Virus record (IMG/VR): IMGVR_UViG_3300031784_000007
From: a virus
Taxonomy: Duplodnaviria > Heunggongvirae > Uroviricota > Caudoviricetes
Length of the DNA: 64,000 nucleotides
Strand: one strand, 5' to 3'
The notes beneath the pieces were generated by a model. The model saw only the letters and a list, made by a program, of their open reading frames with translations, did no database searches and had not been told where the DNA came from. A program made the translations under genes and the position numbers. Shown here one piece after another: positions 50,628-60,606 of this stretch. Each line of letters begins with the position of its first letter. Position 1 is the stretch's first letter.

Positions 50628-52183
50628 TGGATGATGTAAAACACCACTCTTCTTTACCCAAAAAGTATACACAGGTTGTTAATTACGGAAAAGTAATTAG
50701 TAACAATGACCCTATGAACTTGGGTAGGATTAGGGTTGAACCAGTTTCATGGCAAAATGAAGACCTTTACAGTGCATTTAAAAGTCCATTTGGAGCTAGA
50801 CTTGACACAAAGAATTTTTGGACATCACAAGACCCATTTGTGTACATGCCTTTATTACCCTTGTTTATTTATCAAGTTCCAAAAGTAGGTGAATATGTTC
50901 ACGTAGTATATTACAACACTGAGTTTCAAGACAGAAATAAATTTTATATTCAAGGAAGTTTTTCAAGTCCAAATAATACCAAATTTGAACCATTCGATTC
51001 GGCTTTAGCATTTACTGCAAAAGGTGAAAGAAATTCATTACCAAACAATATTAGAAATAGTAATGGTGAATATATTAACGTTGACCAAGTTGGTTTATAT
51101 CCTGATATTAATACTATTGGTTTATTAGGTAGATATAATTCAGATATTTTATTACCTGAAAATGGTTTTGTTTTAAGGGCAAACACCATATTAGATGGTT
51201 CGGACCAATTAAATCCTACCTTCAACAAGAAACATAGTTTTATTTCATTACAAAAATACGATTCGAAAACCATTGATAATGGTCCAACAACTTATTTAGA
51301 AAACAATAAGGTGGTACAACCAGTCAAATATTTGATTGAATATAACGTATATGGTGGTCTTGGAACATTAACGGGTAATTACTCAGCGTATGCCTATGTA
51401 TATAAAATTTCTGAATACCAACCTGTTTACACAAATAGTGTTGACAAAGGATTCTATGAATTTCCTGAAATATCTAAAATTGGTCCAATTTATAAAGAGG
51501 ACTATACCTTTAAATCTTACGATGAAATTGTAACAGGAATTAATAATTTAATTCAAAAAGTTAATAGTGGTAAATTCTTAGTGGGTAATACTCTAATCAC
51601 AGATATATTCCCATTTGTTTTTCAACCTGAAAAACCTCTTTATGACAAATATAGTTTAAATAATATAACAAATGCAAATGTGGCCATTAATGCTCAAAGA
51701 TTTATTTCATCTGTTTATCTAAATGAAACCGACACCAACAGAGGGTTGGGATTAGTTTGTAAACAAGGAGAATTGGGGCCTTTAACTCAATTAACATCAT
51801 TCGAAGTCCAAAACATTTCGTCTGACCCAACTCCAATAACCTACGGTATTAACGTTTCAGATATATCCTTTTTTTTATCACATGATTCACAAATACCAGG
51901 TACAAATAAGATTGATTTTGATACCGCTGACTTTTCAGGAACTACCATATCACAAAAATTTATTGAGGAATCTATAATACCAAATACCGCATCAATGGTA
52001 CGAGGTGAACAACTTTTGAACTTAATTGAATTGATTGTCAAATACTTAACATCACATGTTCACCCTTATCACCAAATGGGTCCAAATCAAGTTTCGTTGG
52101 ATGGAACACAATCACAAAAAATACTTGCAGAATTATTTAACGCGACAGAAACCGTATTAAATAAAAACTTACGAATTAATTGA
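50624..52183 (+). CDS. Baseplate central spike (gp5/VgrG OB-fold-like)
   Basis: GKVISNNDPMNLGRIRV and VPKVGEYVHV (OB fold); C-terminal HVHPYH (metal-binding tip). Confidence 0.72.
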   Translation: MMDDVKHHSSLPKKYTQVVNYGKVISNNDPMNLGRIRVEPVSWQNEDLYSAFKSPFGARLDTKNFWTSQDPFVYMPLLPLFIYQVPKVGEYVHVVYYNTEFQDRNKFYIQGSFSSPNNTKFEPFDSALAFTAKGERNSLPNNIRNSNGEYINVDQVGLYPDINTIGLLGRYNSDILLPENGFVLRANTILDGSDQLNPTFNKKHSFISLQKYDSKTIDNGPTTYLENNKVVQPVKYLIEYNVYGGLGTLTGNYSAYAYVYKISEYQPVYTNSVDKGFYEFPEISKIGPIYKEDYTFKSYDEIVTGINNLIQKVNSGKFLVGNTLITDIFPFVFQPEKPLYDKYSLNNITNANVAINAQRFISSVYLNETDTNRGLGLVCKQGELGPLTQLTSFEVQNISSDPTPITYGINVSDISFFLSHDSQIPGTNKIDFDTADFSGTTISQKFIEESIIPNTASMVRGEQLLNLIELIVKYLTSHVHPYHQMGPNQVSLDGTQSQKILAELFNATETVLNKNLRIN

Positions 52184-52195
52184 TATTTATATATA

Positions 52196-53695
52196 ATGTC
52201 AATACACAAATCGTATTTTAGCAAAAACAACACCATTATTTTAAGTGGTAATACAAACACTGGTTTAAATCCTGTGACAGAACTATTTTTTGGTAGAACT
52301 GATAACGTATTATCCACACCTGGCTTCTCAAGATTTATTTTTGATATTGATTTAAGTCAATTACAACAAAAAATAAGTGATGGTGTGGTTTATACAGGTA
52401 GTCCTATGACCCATAAGTTAAAGATGACAAATACAATCATGTTTAATTATGAGTTATTAAATACCACAACATCTGATAACAGAAGAAGGGCTTCAGCATT
52501 TGATTTAAGAGTGTTTAATATTCCCAAATTAAATTACACAGGAAGTTCTCAAACTTGGGATGAAGGTGTCGGTTATGATTATTATGATAACAATACATTA
52601 AATTCATCAAACGCCAGTTTGACATCAAGAAATTACAGAGACAATGATAAGTCATACTCCAATAGACCATCAAATTGGTTCAATAGAAACCTAATAAACA
52701 CTTGGAGTACACCTGGTGTATACTTTAATAATAACAGTGGTTCAGGGACGCAAATTAACTATTCAGGACTAACACAAGTTGGCCTACAACATTTTCAATT
52801 CGGAAATGAAAACTTAGATATTGATATTTCTTCAACAATCAATGATATATTAACGGGAGCTACCACAGGTTCAACAGGTTATATTATGGCATTTTCACCT
52901 GAATTAGAAAATATTACGGGTTTAACAGAAAATTATTCTGTTGGTTTCTTTACTAGACATACTCAAACGTTTTATGAACCTTATTTGGAAACAACATATG
53001 ATGACCTAATTTTAGATGATAGAACAGCATTTTTTGAAAATAAAGTTAATAAGTTATATCTTTATTCATATATTAATGGGACACCAACTAATTTTGATTT
53101 TAATCCAAAAGTTAATATTGCCGATTCTAATGGTGATTTAATTTCATCTTTAACAGGTTTAACAACAGTTAGACGTACTGAAGGAGTTTATGAGTGTACA
53201 ATACCCGCACTAACGGGTTACACAACACCATGTCAGTTTAGTGATATTTGGAGTGGTGTAACTATTAACGGTGTGTCATTAGGAGATATAACAAATGATA
53301 TAATATTAAGACCGGCAACAGAATATTATCAAGTTGGTCCATTGGCTAAAGACCCTGTTTTATATGGTTTTGAATTTTCAGGTATAAAACAAGATGAAAA
53401 AATATTAAATACTGATGTTCGTAAAGTAATTGTTAAAATAAAACAAGCGTATACATCAAATGTTATTTATCCAAATTTCAAAGCTTATTATAGATTATAT
53501 GTCAAAGAAGGTACAACAGAAGTTATTGTACAAGATTGGACAAGAATAAATCAAACACCAAACGAGTATTATTTCATCTTTGATACTAAAGATAAAATAC
53601 CAAATGAATATTATGTTGATATTAAAGTTTTAACTTCGGGAGAAGTAGATACTTATAAAAGAGAATTAAAATTTCAAATAGTTAACCAAAAATGA
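52196..53695 (+). CDS. Structural beta-rich protein
   Basis: SRFIFDIDLS, W..G.G..Y, FFTRHT..FYEPYLE; late motif 4 nt upstream. Confidence 0.55.
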   Translation: MSIHKSYFSKNNTIILSGNTNTGLNPVTELFFGRTDNVLSTPGFSRFIFDIDLSQLQQKISDGVVYTGSPMTHKLKMTNTIMFNYELLNTTTSDNRRRASAFDLRVFNIPKLNYTGSSQTWDEGVGYDYYDNNTLNSSNASLTSRNYRDNDKSYSNRPSNWFNRNLINTWSTPGVYFNNNSGSGTQINYSGLTQVGLQHFQFGNENLDIDISSTINDILTGATTGSTGYIMAFSPELENITGLTENYSVGFFTRHTQTFYEPYLETTYDDLILDDRTAFFENKVNKLYLYSYINGTPTNFDFNPKVNIADSNGDLISSLTGLTTVRRTEGVYECTIPALTGYTTPCQFSDIWSGVTINGVSLGDITNDIILRPATEYYQVGPLAKDPVLYGFEFSGIKQDEKILNTDVRKVIVKIKQAYTSNVIYPNFKAYYRLYVKEGTTEVIVQDWTRINQTPNEYYFIFDTKDKIPNEYYVDIKVLTSGEVDTYKRELKFQIVNQK

Positions 53696-54411
53696 AAAAT
53701 ATAAATGAATTAGATGTCGCAAGTTTTATTAAGAACATTGTTGGCGATACAGGAAGAAACGTATTAACAAGTATTCCAGGTGTGGGAACCGCTGTAGGTG
53801 TAGGTGCGTCAATAAAAAACTTTAGTGAATTAAATGATGATTTAGAAAAATACAAACAACTTAAATCTGAAATAGTTGATGGAGAAGTTATAAAATCAGA
53901 AACGTTTGAAAAACTACTTGATGTTCAAGATGAACTCGAAGTTGATTTTATTGATTTACTACAGTCAATTGCTGGAATTACAAGTATTCCTGGTCTCGGA
54001 TTTATTGCAAAAGGTTTAGGACCGTTTTTAGTAAAGTTGAGTATTGAAGAAATACTTGAAAAAATTAGTAGTGTTGTACCTATAGATAAAGAGGCTGAAG
54101 AATCATTCATTCCATATTTAGCGGCAATCAAAGATATCGAGGATTTGAAACAAAAGGCTAAGGAACTCGAACCTCTTACCAAAGACGCAGACAAATTTAT
54201 GGACCAAATGCTCGAAAGAAAAAATTTAGAAGAAGCTAAGAAAAACAGAAAAAAAACGGGAACTAAATTATGTGCACGTGGAAAAGCGGCCGCTAAAGCA
54301 AAATTTGATGTTTATCCATCTGCATATGCTAACGGATACGCAGTACAGGTCTGTCAAGGTCGTATAAAGGGATTAGACGGAAAGAAAAGGTCCTCAGGGG
54401 CATATTCTTAA
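53692..54411 (+). CDS. Hypothetical protein with a C-terminal KFDVYPSAYAN domain
   Basis: Two IPG(V/L)G hydrophobic hairpins; C-terminal LCARGKAAAKAKFDVYPSAYANGYAVQVC. Confidence 0.6.
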   Translation: MKNINELDVASFIKNIVGDTGRNVLTSIPGVGTAVGVGASIKNFSELNDDLEKYKQLKSEIVDGEVIKSETFEKLLDVQDELEVDFIDLLQSIAGITSIPGLGFIAKGLGPFLVKLSIEEILEKISSVVPIDKEAEESFIPYLAAIKDIEDLKQKAKELEPLTKDADKFMDQMLERKNLEEAKKNRKKTGTKLCARGKAAAKAKFDVYPSAYANGYAVQVCQGRIKGLDGKKRSSGAYS

Positions 54412-54417
54412 CAAAAT

Positions 54418-54447
54418 AAAAAAAAGGGGTTTTAAGACCCCTTTTTT
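54418..54447. terminator. Bidirectional intrinsic terminator
   Basis: A8-GGGGT-TTTAAG-ACCCC-T6 between convergent genes. Confidence 0.8.
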
Positions 54448-55319
54448 AATGAATATAGAATTGTGTTAACCCATTGTTTGGTTTTGTCACCTCCGAGTAA
54501 TAAATAATTTAAATCATTGGTTTCTGACTCATTCAAAACATTTTTGTTTAATGATGCATGAAGTTCTGTGACCATTTTTTCGGTAAATGGAACTCTGTTG
54601 TATAAATTTTTAATTACGGTCAAATTTTCGTTGATACCTTTTTTTTTCATCTCGTATAAAATTTTACCAGCCAATTTTGCTAAAGTAATTGGTGGTAAAT
54701 AATTAACTGATTCCTTTGTTGTTTTGTAAGATGAGTAAACAGGTTTTTGTCCTTTACCTGTTTGTGTATCTGCTTTCTCAGCCTTTCTTTTTTTAGCACA
54801 AGCGGCTCTTTTTTGAAAATCACTCATACGTGCAGCAACACCTTTGGCCCTACATTTAGGATATGACTTTGGGTCTGCTTCGGCTCTTCCACAAGGTGGA
54901 TGTCCACCACCTTCTTTTTTTCTACAAATATTGACCCAAGGACCTGCGGGTTGTTTAGAACCCTTAGGTTTTTTCTTAGTACCAAACCAAACCGCTAAAT
55001 CCTCATTGACAACAGGAACACTATTGACTTCAGTGTTATGTGTACCACCAACATTTTTTTTTAATTCAACAATATTTTTTTTGATTATATTTGTTATTTT
55101 TTTTTGTTTTTTTTCTTTATCAGTTTGGTCAGAAGGATTTTCAGTAAACGGACCTAATTCTGAATTATTCCATTTTTTTTCACCAAATACAAGAACTTTA
55201 TTATAAACACCAGTACCTACTGAAGTTGACGAACTTTCATCAATTGATAAACTATTTTTAGACAAAGACATAAAATATTCATTAAGAATATTTTTGATTA
55301 GTGCTTTATTGTTGTTCAT
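54432..55319 (-). CDS. Hypothetical late protein with a DL..WF..W..C..CGR..YPKC domain
   Basis: 295-aa ORF; TATTTATA upstream. Confidence 0.6.
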   Translation of the reverse strand: MNNNKALIKNILNEYFMSLSKNSLSIDESSSTSVGTGVYNKVLVFGEKKWNNSELGPFTENPSDQTDKEKKQKKITNIIKKNIVELKKNVGGTHNTEVNSVPVVNEDLAVWFGTKKKPKGSKQPAGPWVNICRKKEGGGHPPCGRAEADPKSYPKCRAKGVAARMSDFQKRAACAKKRKAEKADTQTGKGQKPVYSSYKTTKESVNYLPPITLAKLAGKILYEMKKKGINENLTVIKNLYNRVPFTEKMVTELHASLNKNVLNESETNDLNYLLLGGDKTKQWVNTILYSLKKGS

Positions 55320-55352
55320 TTTTTTACGATTATTATATATAAATATCTTACT

Positions 55353-55574
55353 ATGATTAATAATAACACAAAACTATTCGATTTTTTACAATATAACTCA
55401 AATGACGAGCTTGAAAAAATAATTAATTCTATTGAAAAGGAGCAATCTTTATTTTATTTAATACAATCAGTAAAATCTGCGTATAAACGAGGTTGTTTTA
55501 CATTAGAAGAATCTGAAATTATTTCAAAATCATTACGTGTTTTAAGTACACCCGATAAAAAAGATGAAGCATAA
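55353..55574 (+). CDS. Hypothetical protein
   Basis: 73-aa ORF followed by a terminator. Confidence 0.55.
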   Translation: MINNNTKLFDFLQYNSNDELEKIINSIEKEQSLFYLIQSVKSAYKRGCFTLEESEIISKSLRVLSTPDKKDEA

Positions 55575-55603
55575 AAAAAGGGACAATTTCTTGTCCCTTT
55601 TTT
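55573..55603. terminator. Bidirectional terminator downstream of the major capsid gene
   Basis: A7-GGGACAA-TTTC-TTGTCCC-T6 (GAAA loop on the minus strand). Confidence 0.85.
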
Positions 55604-55620
55604 ATTTCATTTAGAAAAGA

Positions 55621-57417
55621 TTATCTCAATTCTCTTAAGTCAAATGTTCTAACACCATCAACTGTGATTTTACCGTAGAAACGGTTGTTCACCATCTTCT
55701 TAGCGTATCTTGTCATGATACCTTTGATAGGTGTGAAGTTGAATGGGTTATACATTGTTGGAGTCAATTGTAATGGTACGTATGGTGCGTACACATAACC
55801 TGTGTCTAACAATGAGTTACCTTTATGACCAATCAACACTGTGTTTGGTGGAAAATAAGGGTCTCTGTAAACTTGGTATCTACCAGCCAAAGTTCCAACT
55901 CTTTCAATACCCATGTTATATTGGTCTTGCTCAGGAGCTGCGTTTGATACGTGGAAGTATTCCAAATCATCAAAGATTGCACTGATTTCAGAAGAAACAA
56001 CAATCCAGTTAGCTCCACCTCTCAATGTTGATTTGTGGATTTGAGCTGAAAGTTGGTTGATTGCTGTAATCAATGTTTGGTTCCAATCTTTTTGTGTGTA
56101 TTGTGTTAATGGATTTGCAGTTGTACCTCTCTTCCAACCGTTGTAATCCCATCTCAAAGTCCATGCTGCACCTTTTCTCAAATCTCTCAAGATTTCTCTA
56201 TCAATTTCTGCCGCAACTTGCTCAGACAATAAAGCTGTTAATTCAGCTTCAGCGTCAATGTTGTGGAATGCTGCAACGTCTTGTGCTAATTCAGGAGACC
56301 ATTGTGCTCTCAATTTTCTTTCAGTTACAGAAACTGTTACTGATTCCAAATCAAAAGAAACTTCACCGATTTCATCTTCAAATTCTAAGTTTTGATAAAC
56401 TCTATATGTACATTTGAATGCTTGATTATATGCGGTTGTTACAGATGTTGTAACACCTGAGTAACCATCTAAAGAATCAGCACCGATTGAACAAGGAACT
56501 TGAGTATCCACCTCTAAGTAAATAATACCAAGAGCATCACAGATATTGTCATAAGAACCTCCATTACCTGTACTTGGGAATGATGTTGTTGCTTGTGAAC
56601 CATATTGTACAATACCTTTACCGTATTTTTGAGTTACAACTCTAAATAATTGGTTACCAGACAATCCTGAAAAACCATTTGAAGTAGCATCTGTAATTGG
56701 TGTTACAGATAAGCTAGACAAAAACTCTTCAGAATCCATTTCGTTACCGTTAGGACCAATTAATTTACCAGCACCAGCTGTGTTAAATCCTGATAAAGCA
56801 ATAATAACTTTTCTGTATTCACCAGCACTGTAACCACTTTGGATTAATTCTGAACCACTCCAAACTTGTGTAGACGCTGTGTATGTTTCAGCACTAAACT
56901 TACCTTTAGAATAGTCAAATAACCCTGGAGGGTCTAATGATGCTTCGTTACCTTCGTAGAATCTGTCATACAAATTCTTATCGTTTGCGCCATAACCAGC
57001 ATTTGTTGATGATGGTCCATTAGGTGCTCCAAAAGGTGCGAAGTGTGTACCACCTTCAGTTGGGTCTTGACCCATGTCATAACCCTGAATTTTAGGTACG
57101 AAGTAGAACAATTTACCGATAGGTAAGTTCATAGCTTGTACAGATACGATGTCGTTAGCCAACAATTTAGAGAAAACTCTTCTTACGATTGGAAATACAA
57201 CCGTTTCGAAAGAACCGTCTGATGCTGTGCTAGCAGCTTCGTTAATTAAGTGAGATGCTTGGTTTTCATAAAGTTGAGCGATGTTTTCTTTAACATGTCC
57301 TCTCAAACCTTCCAAGAATCCTAATTTGTCCCATTTGTTAATAGTATCTTCTTTGATAACTTTAAGGTGCTTAAGACCGATGTTACCAACAAGACCTGAT
57401 TCTAATAATGCTCCCAT
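55621..57417 (-). CDS. Major capsid protein (T4 gp23-like)
   Basis: IVSVQAMNLPIG.LF, RKLRAQWSPELAQD..AFH.IDAEAEL..LS.Q..EIDREI, YAPYVPL, GIMTRYA. Confidence 0.97.
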   Translation of the reverse strand: MGALLESGLVGNIGLKHLKVIKEDTINKWDKLGFLEGLRGHVKENIAQLYENQASHLINEAASTASDGSFETVVFPIVRRVFSKLLANDIVSVQAMNLPIGKLFYFVPKIQGYDMGQDPTEGGTHFAPFGAPNGPSSTNAGYGANDKNLYDRFYEGNEASLDPPGLFDYSKGKFSAETYTASTQVWSGSELIQSGYSAGEYRKVIIALSGFNTAGAGKLIGPNGNEMDSEEFLSSLSVTPITDATSNGFSGLSGNQLFRVVTQKYGKGIVQYGSQATTSFPSTGNGGSYDNICDALGIIYLEVDTQVPCSIGADSLDGYSGVTTSVTTAYNQAFKCTYRVYQNLEFEDEIGEVSFDLESVTVSVTERKLRAQWSPELAQDVAAFHNIDAEAELTALLSEQVAAEIDREILRDLRKGAAWTLRWDYNGWKRGTTANPLTQYTQKDWNQTLITAINQLSAQIHKSTLRGGANWIVVSSEISAIFDDLEYFHVSNAAPEQDQYNMGIERVGTLAGRYQVYRDPYFPPNTVLIGHKGNSLLDTGYVYAPYVPLQLTPTMYNPFNFTPIKGIMTRYAKKMVNNRFYGKITVDGVRTFDLRELR

Positions 57418-57452
57418 TTTTTAAAATATTTAGTTTGTTTTTAGTTTATTTT

Positions 57453-58736
57453 TTATTTATTCATTTTTGACATAAGGTCCTTCATTCTTAAGAACTGTGG
57501 ATTTTCATATGTCTTACTTTCAACCAAATTAGTTGAACCTTTTGATGGTGTTCTATCAATGTTTTCAACGATAGATTCTTTAACCATTGGTTTTTCAACT
57601 GAACCCAATTCCTCTTTAATAGTTTGATAAAGATTTTTAGATTCTTTGATTGTTTCGACGTTGTCAAAACGTCTCATGATATTTATTTTTTCTGATTTTG
57701 TAGTTGTATGTTCAGTAAACAATCTTGTAGCGTAAGCTAAGTTAGAATTGAAAACAGCAACTTCATTTAATTTTTCTCTGAAAATATTTAATGCTTTTCT
57801 GTACTCTTCATTTTTAGCTCTCAACTTTTCAACTTCTTCTTGTAAAGCGTCATTTGTAATAACTTTCATTTTTGGAAGACCTTTTCTTTTTGGAAAATTT
57901 CTACTTCCATTTCCGTAAGTTCTAGCAGCTTCTTTTGTTTCAGTTTCTTTTTCTTCAACATCATGTTCACCTTCCTTAAATTCAAATTTCTTAGGACCTT
58001 TAAAGTTTTCTTTGTGTTGTGACATGTTAGATTTGAAACCTTGCATGTTTACTTTACCTGAAGATTTTTCTGATTTAACTTTTCCCATACCCATACCTTT
58101 TGGTTTAACCATCATACTAGATTCCGTTACTGTAGAGTCATCTTCATCAACATTATCATCTTCACCTAATTCAATTTCGTAAACAATTTCTTCGTCGTAT
58201 GATTCATTAGTATCATTAGAGTTGTAATAATCTGACTCTTCTAATGATTCCATCATGTCATCGTCTTGGAAAGTAATTTTGTCTACATCTAAATCTTCAC
58301 CAGTTTTCTTAATGATAACTCCGTCATTATCGCCCATACCGTTAAGTACTGCCATAATTTCTTCCATAGATGCTCCCGTCATGTCTAACGGTTCTAGTTC
58401 ATCATCATCATCTTCCAATCCCATGTCATCCATGTCATCCATGTCATCCATTTTCATAGAATCTGAATCATCGGACATCATATCATCACCCATCATAGGT
58501 GTCTTCATGTCCATAGCCATCAATGAATCTTCTTCTTCATCTTCAGTAACATCTTCGTTACTATAAGACTCATCTACAGCATAAGTGTCAGCCTCTTCAA
58601 GAGACTCTTTTACTAACTCTTCGATTTCTTCCTTCATTGTAGAAGCAAGTATTCCTTTTGCGTTTTCGGTAACAACTTGTTCCAAATTTTTCATTTGTAA
58701 CAACGCTTCCTCAACTAATGATTTTTTTTCGCTCAT
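57453..58736 (-). CDS. Prohead core scaffold protein (gp22-like)
   Basis: Acidic D/E/M-rich with a coiled-coil C-terminus (LNEVAVFNSNLAYATRLF); directly upstream of MCP. Confidence 0.8.
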   Translation of the reverse strand: MSEKKSLVEEALLQMKNLEQVVTENAKGILASTMKEEIEELVKESLEEADTYAVDESYSNEDVTEDEEEDSLMAMDMKTPMMGDDMMSDDSDSMKMDDMDDMDDMGLEDDDDELEPLDMTGASMEEIMAVLNGMGDNDGVIIKKTGEDLDVDKITFQDDDMMESLEESDYYNSNDTNESYDEEIVYEIELGEDDNVDEDDSTVTESSMMVKPKGMGMGKVKSEKSSGKVNMQGFKSNMSQHKENFKGPKKFEFKEGEHDVEEKETETKEAARTYGNGSRNFPKRKGLPKMKVITNDALQEEVEKLRAKNEEYRKALNIFREKLNEVAVFNSNLAYATRLFTEHTTTKSEKINIMRRFDNVETIKESKNLYQTIKEELGSVEKPMVKESIVENIDRTPSKGSTNLVESKTYENPQFLRMKDLMSKMNK

Positions 58737-58768
58737 TTTTTGTGTAATAAAATAGTTTTTATTTACAC

Positions 58769-58776
58769 TATAAATA
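58769..58776 (-). promoter_or_regulatory. Late motif TATTTATA before scaffold-MCP
   Basis: 32 nt before the ATG. Confidence 0.65.
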
Positions 58777-58818
58777 TGCCCCTAATCAAAAAAATCTTAA
58801 ATGGTGATATAATAAAAT

Positions 58819-58844
58819 AAAAAAAACCCGATTTCTCGGGTTTT
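58819..58844 (-). terminator. Intrinsic terminator
   Basis: AAAACCCGA-GAAA-TCGGG-T8 on the minus strand. Confidence 0.8.
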
Positions 58845-58847
58845 AAA

Positions 58848-59057
58848 TTATTCAAAAACTTCATCGATTTTACTTTCACTGACTGCCGTTATTCGCCAAT
58901 CATGTTGAAATCCTTTGAATTTTTCGGTTACTTTAGCTTCAACATCTGTTACGCTGTAACCTTTAACTAATTTTTCTTCTCTAACTTTTTTGATTTTTCC
59001 TGTGTTTTCATCAATCAAGTCGTACTGAATTTTTGCTACAAAATATTTTTCGTCCAT
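58848..59057 (-). CDS. DUF4494-like small protein
   Basis: YFVAKIQY..ENTGKIKKVRE.LV.GYSVTDVEAK resembles recalled Bacteroidota DUF4494 proteins. Confidence 0.5.
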   Translation of the reverse strand: MDEKYFVAKIQYDLIDENTGKIKKVREEKLVKGYSVTDVEAKVTEKFKGFQHDWRITAVSESKIDEVFE

Positions 59058-59067
59058 AATAATAATT

Positions 59068-59790
59068 TTATCTATATCCCAAAAAATCGTTCAATTTTCC
59101 CATTAAGTCAAGCGATTTACCTAAACCACCATCAATTCTTCCATCTTCTTTTGATTTTTTTTCTTCTTCAAGATTTTCATCGTATTTGTGACGGTCATCC
59201 TTATTAAGGAATAGATAAGCGCCGGGTGTAGATGGATTCATAACCAAGTCAAAACAAATCATTTCATAATCATTTTGAACTTCATTGTGTTCTCCCTTTT
59301 TAGCTAAAGAACCTACACCACGTGAAGATACCCCCATCGTAACACCTTGTCTCATTAAGTTTGCCGCTACATCACCCTTAGATGATACAATACCTCTTTC
59401 ATGGAAACCTGGTGTTGTTAATAACCTTAGTTTACCCATAAGAACGTTATCATCCCACCATATATCATCAATAATGTGTGATACTCTGTCTAAATCAATC
59501 AAAGATGATTCAGGGTGATTAAGTTCTGATGTTGCCAAACCTTTAGATATTGTTTGTTTATATTTTTCAGCTTCTCTTTTAAGAATATTTTCAGGATATA
59601 CACGACCATTTCTATTAGGTGTACCATACTTTTGTAGAGTTGCGTAAAATACAAATGGTTTAGAGTGGTCTAATTGTGATTTTTGTTCATTAACTAAATC
59701 AGTATCTACGGCATTTTTCATAGATATATGACCTGCATCATATTCTATCAATATTCCTTTACCTATTTCATTCGGTTTAAGTATCTTCAT
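59068..59790 (-). CDS. Prohead protease (T4 gp21-like)
   Basis: NRNGRVYP, ELNHP (His), RVSHII, GVSSRGVGSL (Ser), FDLVMNPSTPGA. Confidence 0.95.
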   Translation of the reverse strand: MKILKPNEIGKGILIEYDAGHISMKNAVDTDLVNEQKSQLDHSKPFVFYATLQKYGTPNRNGRVYPENILKREAEKYKQTISKGLATSELNHPESSLIDLDRVSHIIDDIWWDDNVLMGKLRLLTTPGFHERGIVSSKGDVAANLMRQGVTMGVSSRGVGSLAKKGEHNEVQNDYEMICFDLVMNPSTPGAYLFLNKDDRHKYDENLEEEKKSKEDGRIDGGLGKSLDLMGKLNDFLGYR

Positions 59791-59813
59791 ATTAAAATAT
59801 TTATCAATAAATA

Positions 59814-60272
59814 TTAGAATATCTCAAAGTTTTTGTTTTTCAACTTGTTTTTAGAATATTGAATGGTAAAATACTTTGATTTCTTTAAAACATTGTCGTG
59901 AACTTCTTTTAATACGTGATTTAATTCTGTTGATATATTTTCAGATTTGAACTCAATATTTTCTTTTGTAAAGAATGTAATTTCAAGATTTAAAAAACTT
60001 GCTTTATCTACTTTTATCCCACTTGTTCTTAAATCTAAATCAACAATAAAATGTTCTTTGAATAATGATTTATTGTAAACTTCTAAAACTTTATGTTTAA
60101 TAGTTCGAGATATTGTCCCAACTACTCTTTCCCAATTATCCCTTTCTTGTGTGGGTGTTACCCATGTTTGTAATACTAAATAAATTGATTTTAATTCTGT
60201 CGCATCTACACTACCGTAATAGCACTTAGCATCTTGGAATAAATCCAATTTTGATGTTTTTCCTTTTTTCAT
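59814..60272 (-). CDS. Hypothetical protein
   Basis: 152-aa ORF. Confidence 0.6.
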   Translation of the reverse strand: MKKGKTSKLDLFQDAKCYYGSVDATELKSIYLVLQTWVTPTQERDNWERVVGTISRTIKHKVLEVYNKSLFKEHFIVDLDLRTSGIKVDKASFLNLEITFFTKENIEFKSENISTELNHVLKEVHDNVLKKSKYFTIQYSKNKLKNKNFEIF

Positions 60273-60355
60273 TCTTTTTCATTTGTGAAATGTTTATTTG
60301 TTGTAGTGAAAAGATAATAAAAAAAAACTTATTAACAAATTTAATTTTATTTGTA

Positions 60356-60363
60356 TATTTATA
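60356..60363 (+). promoter_or_regulatory. Late motif TATTTATA before bS21
   Basis: 21 nt before the ATG. Confidence 0.6.
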
Positions 60364-60384
60364 TCAATAACACACATTTTTTAT

Positions 60385-60579
60385 ATGATAAAAATAATTT
60401 TAGAAAAAGGTGAAAGTTTGGAAAAAGCTTTAAAACGTTACAAACACAAAGTTATCAAAACAAAACAAATTGAACAACTTCGTGCAAAACAAGAGTATGT
60501 TAAAAAAACAACTTTGAAAAGGGAACAAATAAAAAAAGCAATATACAAACAACAAATCGCCCAAAGTAACTTTGACTAA
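60385..60579 (+). CDS. rpsU: Phage-encoded ribosomal protein bS21
   Basis: GESLEKALKRYKHKV.KT..I.QLR..Y.K..KR pattern, 64 aa; located in the head module as reported for bS21 phages. Confidence 0.9.
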   Translation: MIKIILEKGESLEKALKRYKHKVIKTKQIEQLRAKQEYVKKTTLKREQIKKAIYKQQIAQSNFD

Positions 60580-60606
60580 TATTTATTGGTAACAAATACC
60601 AAGAAT

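Noticed and set aside
58422-58448. Three 9-bp repeats (catgtcatc)
   Set aside because: Simply encode the DMD/DDM low-complexity region of the acidic scaffold.
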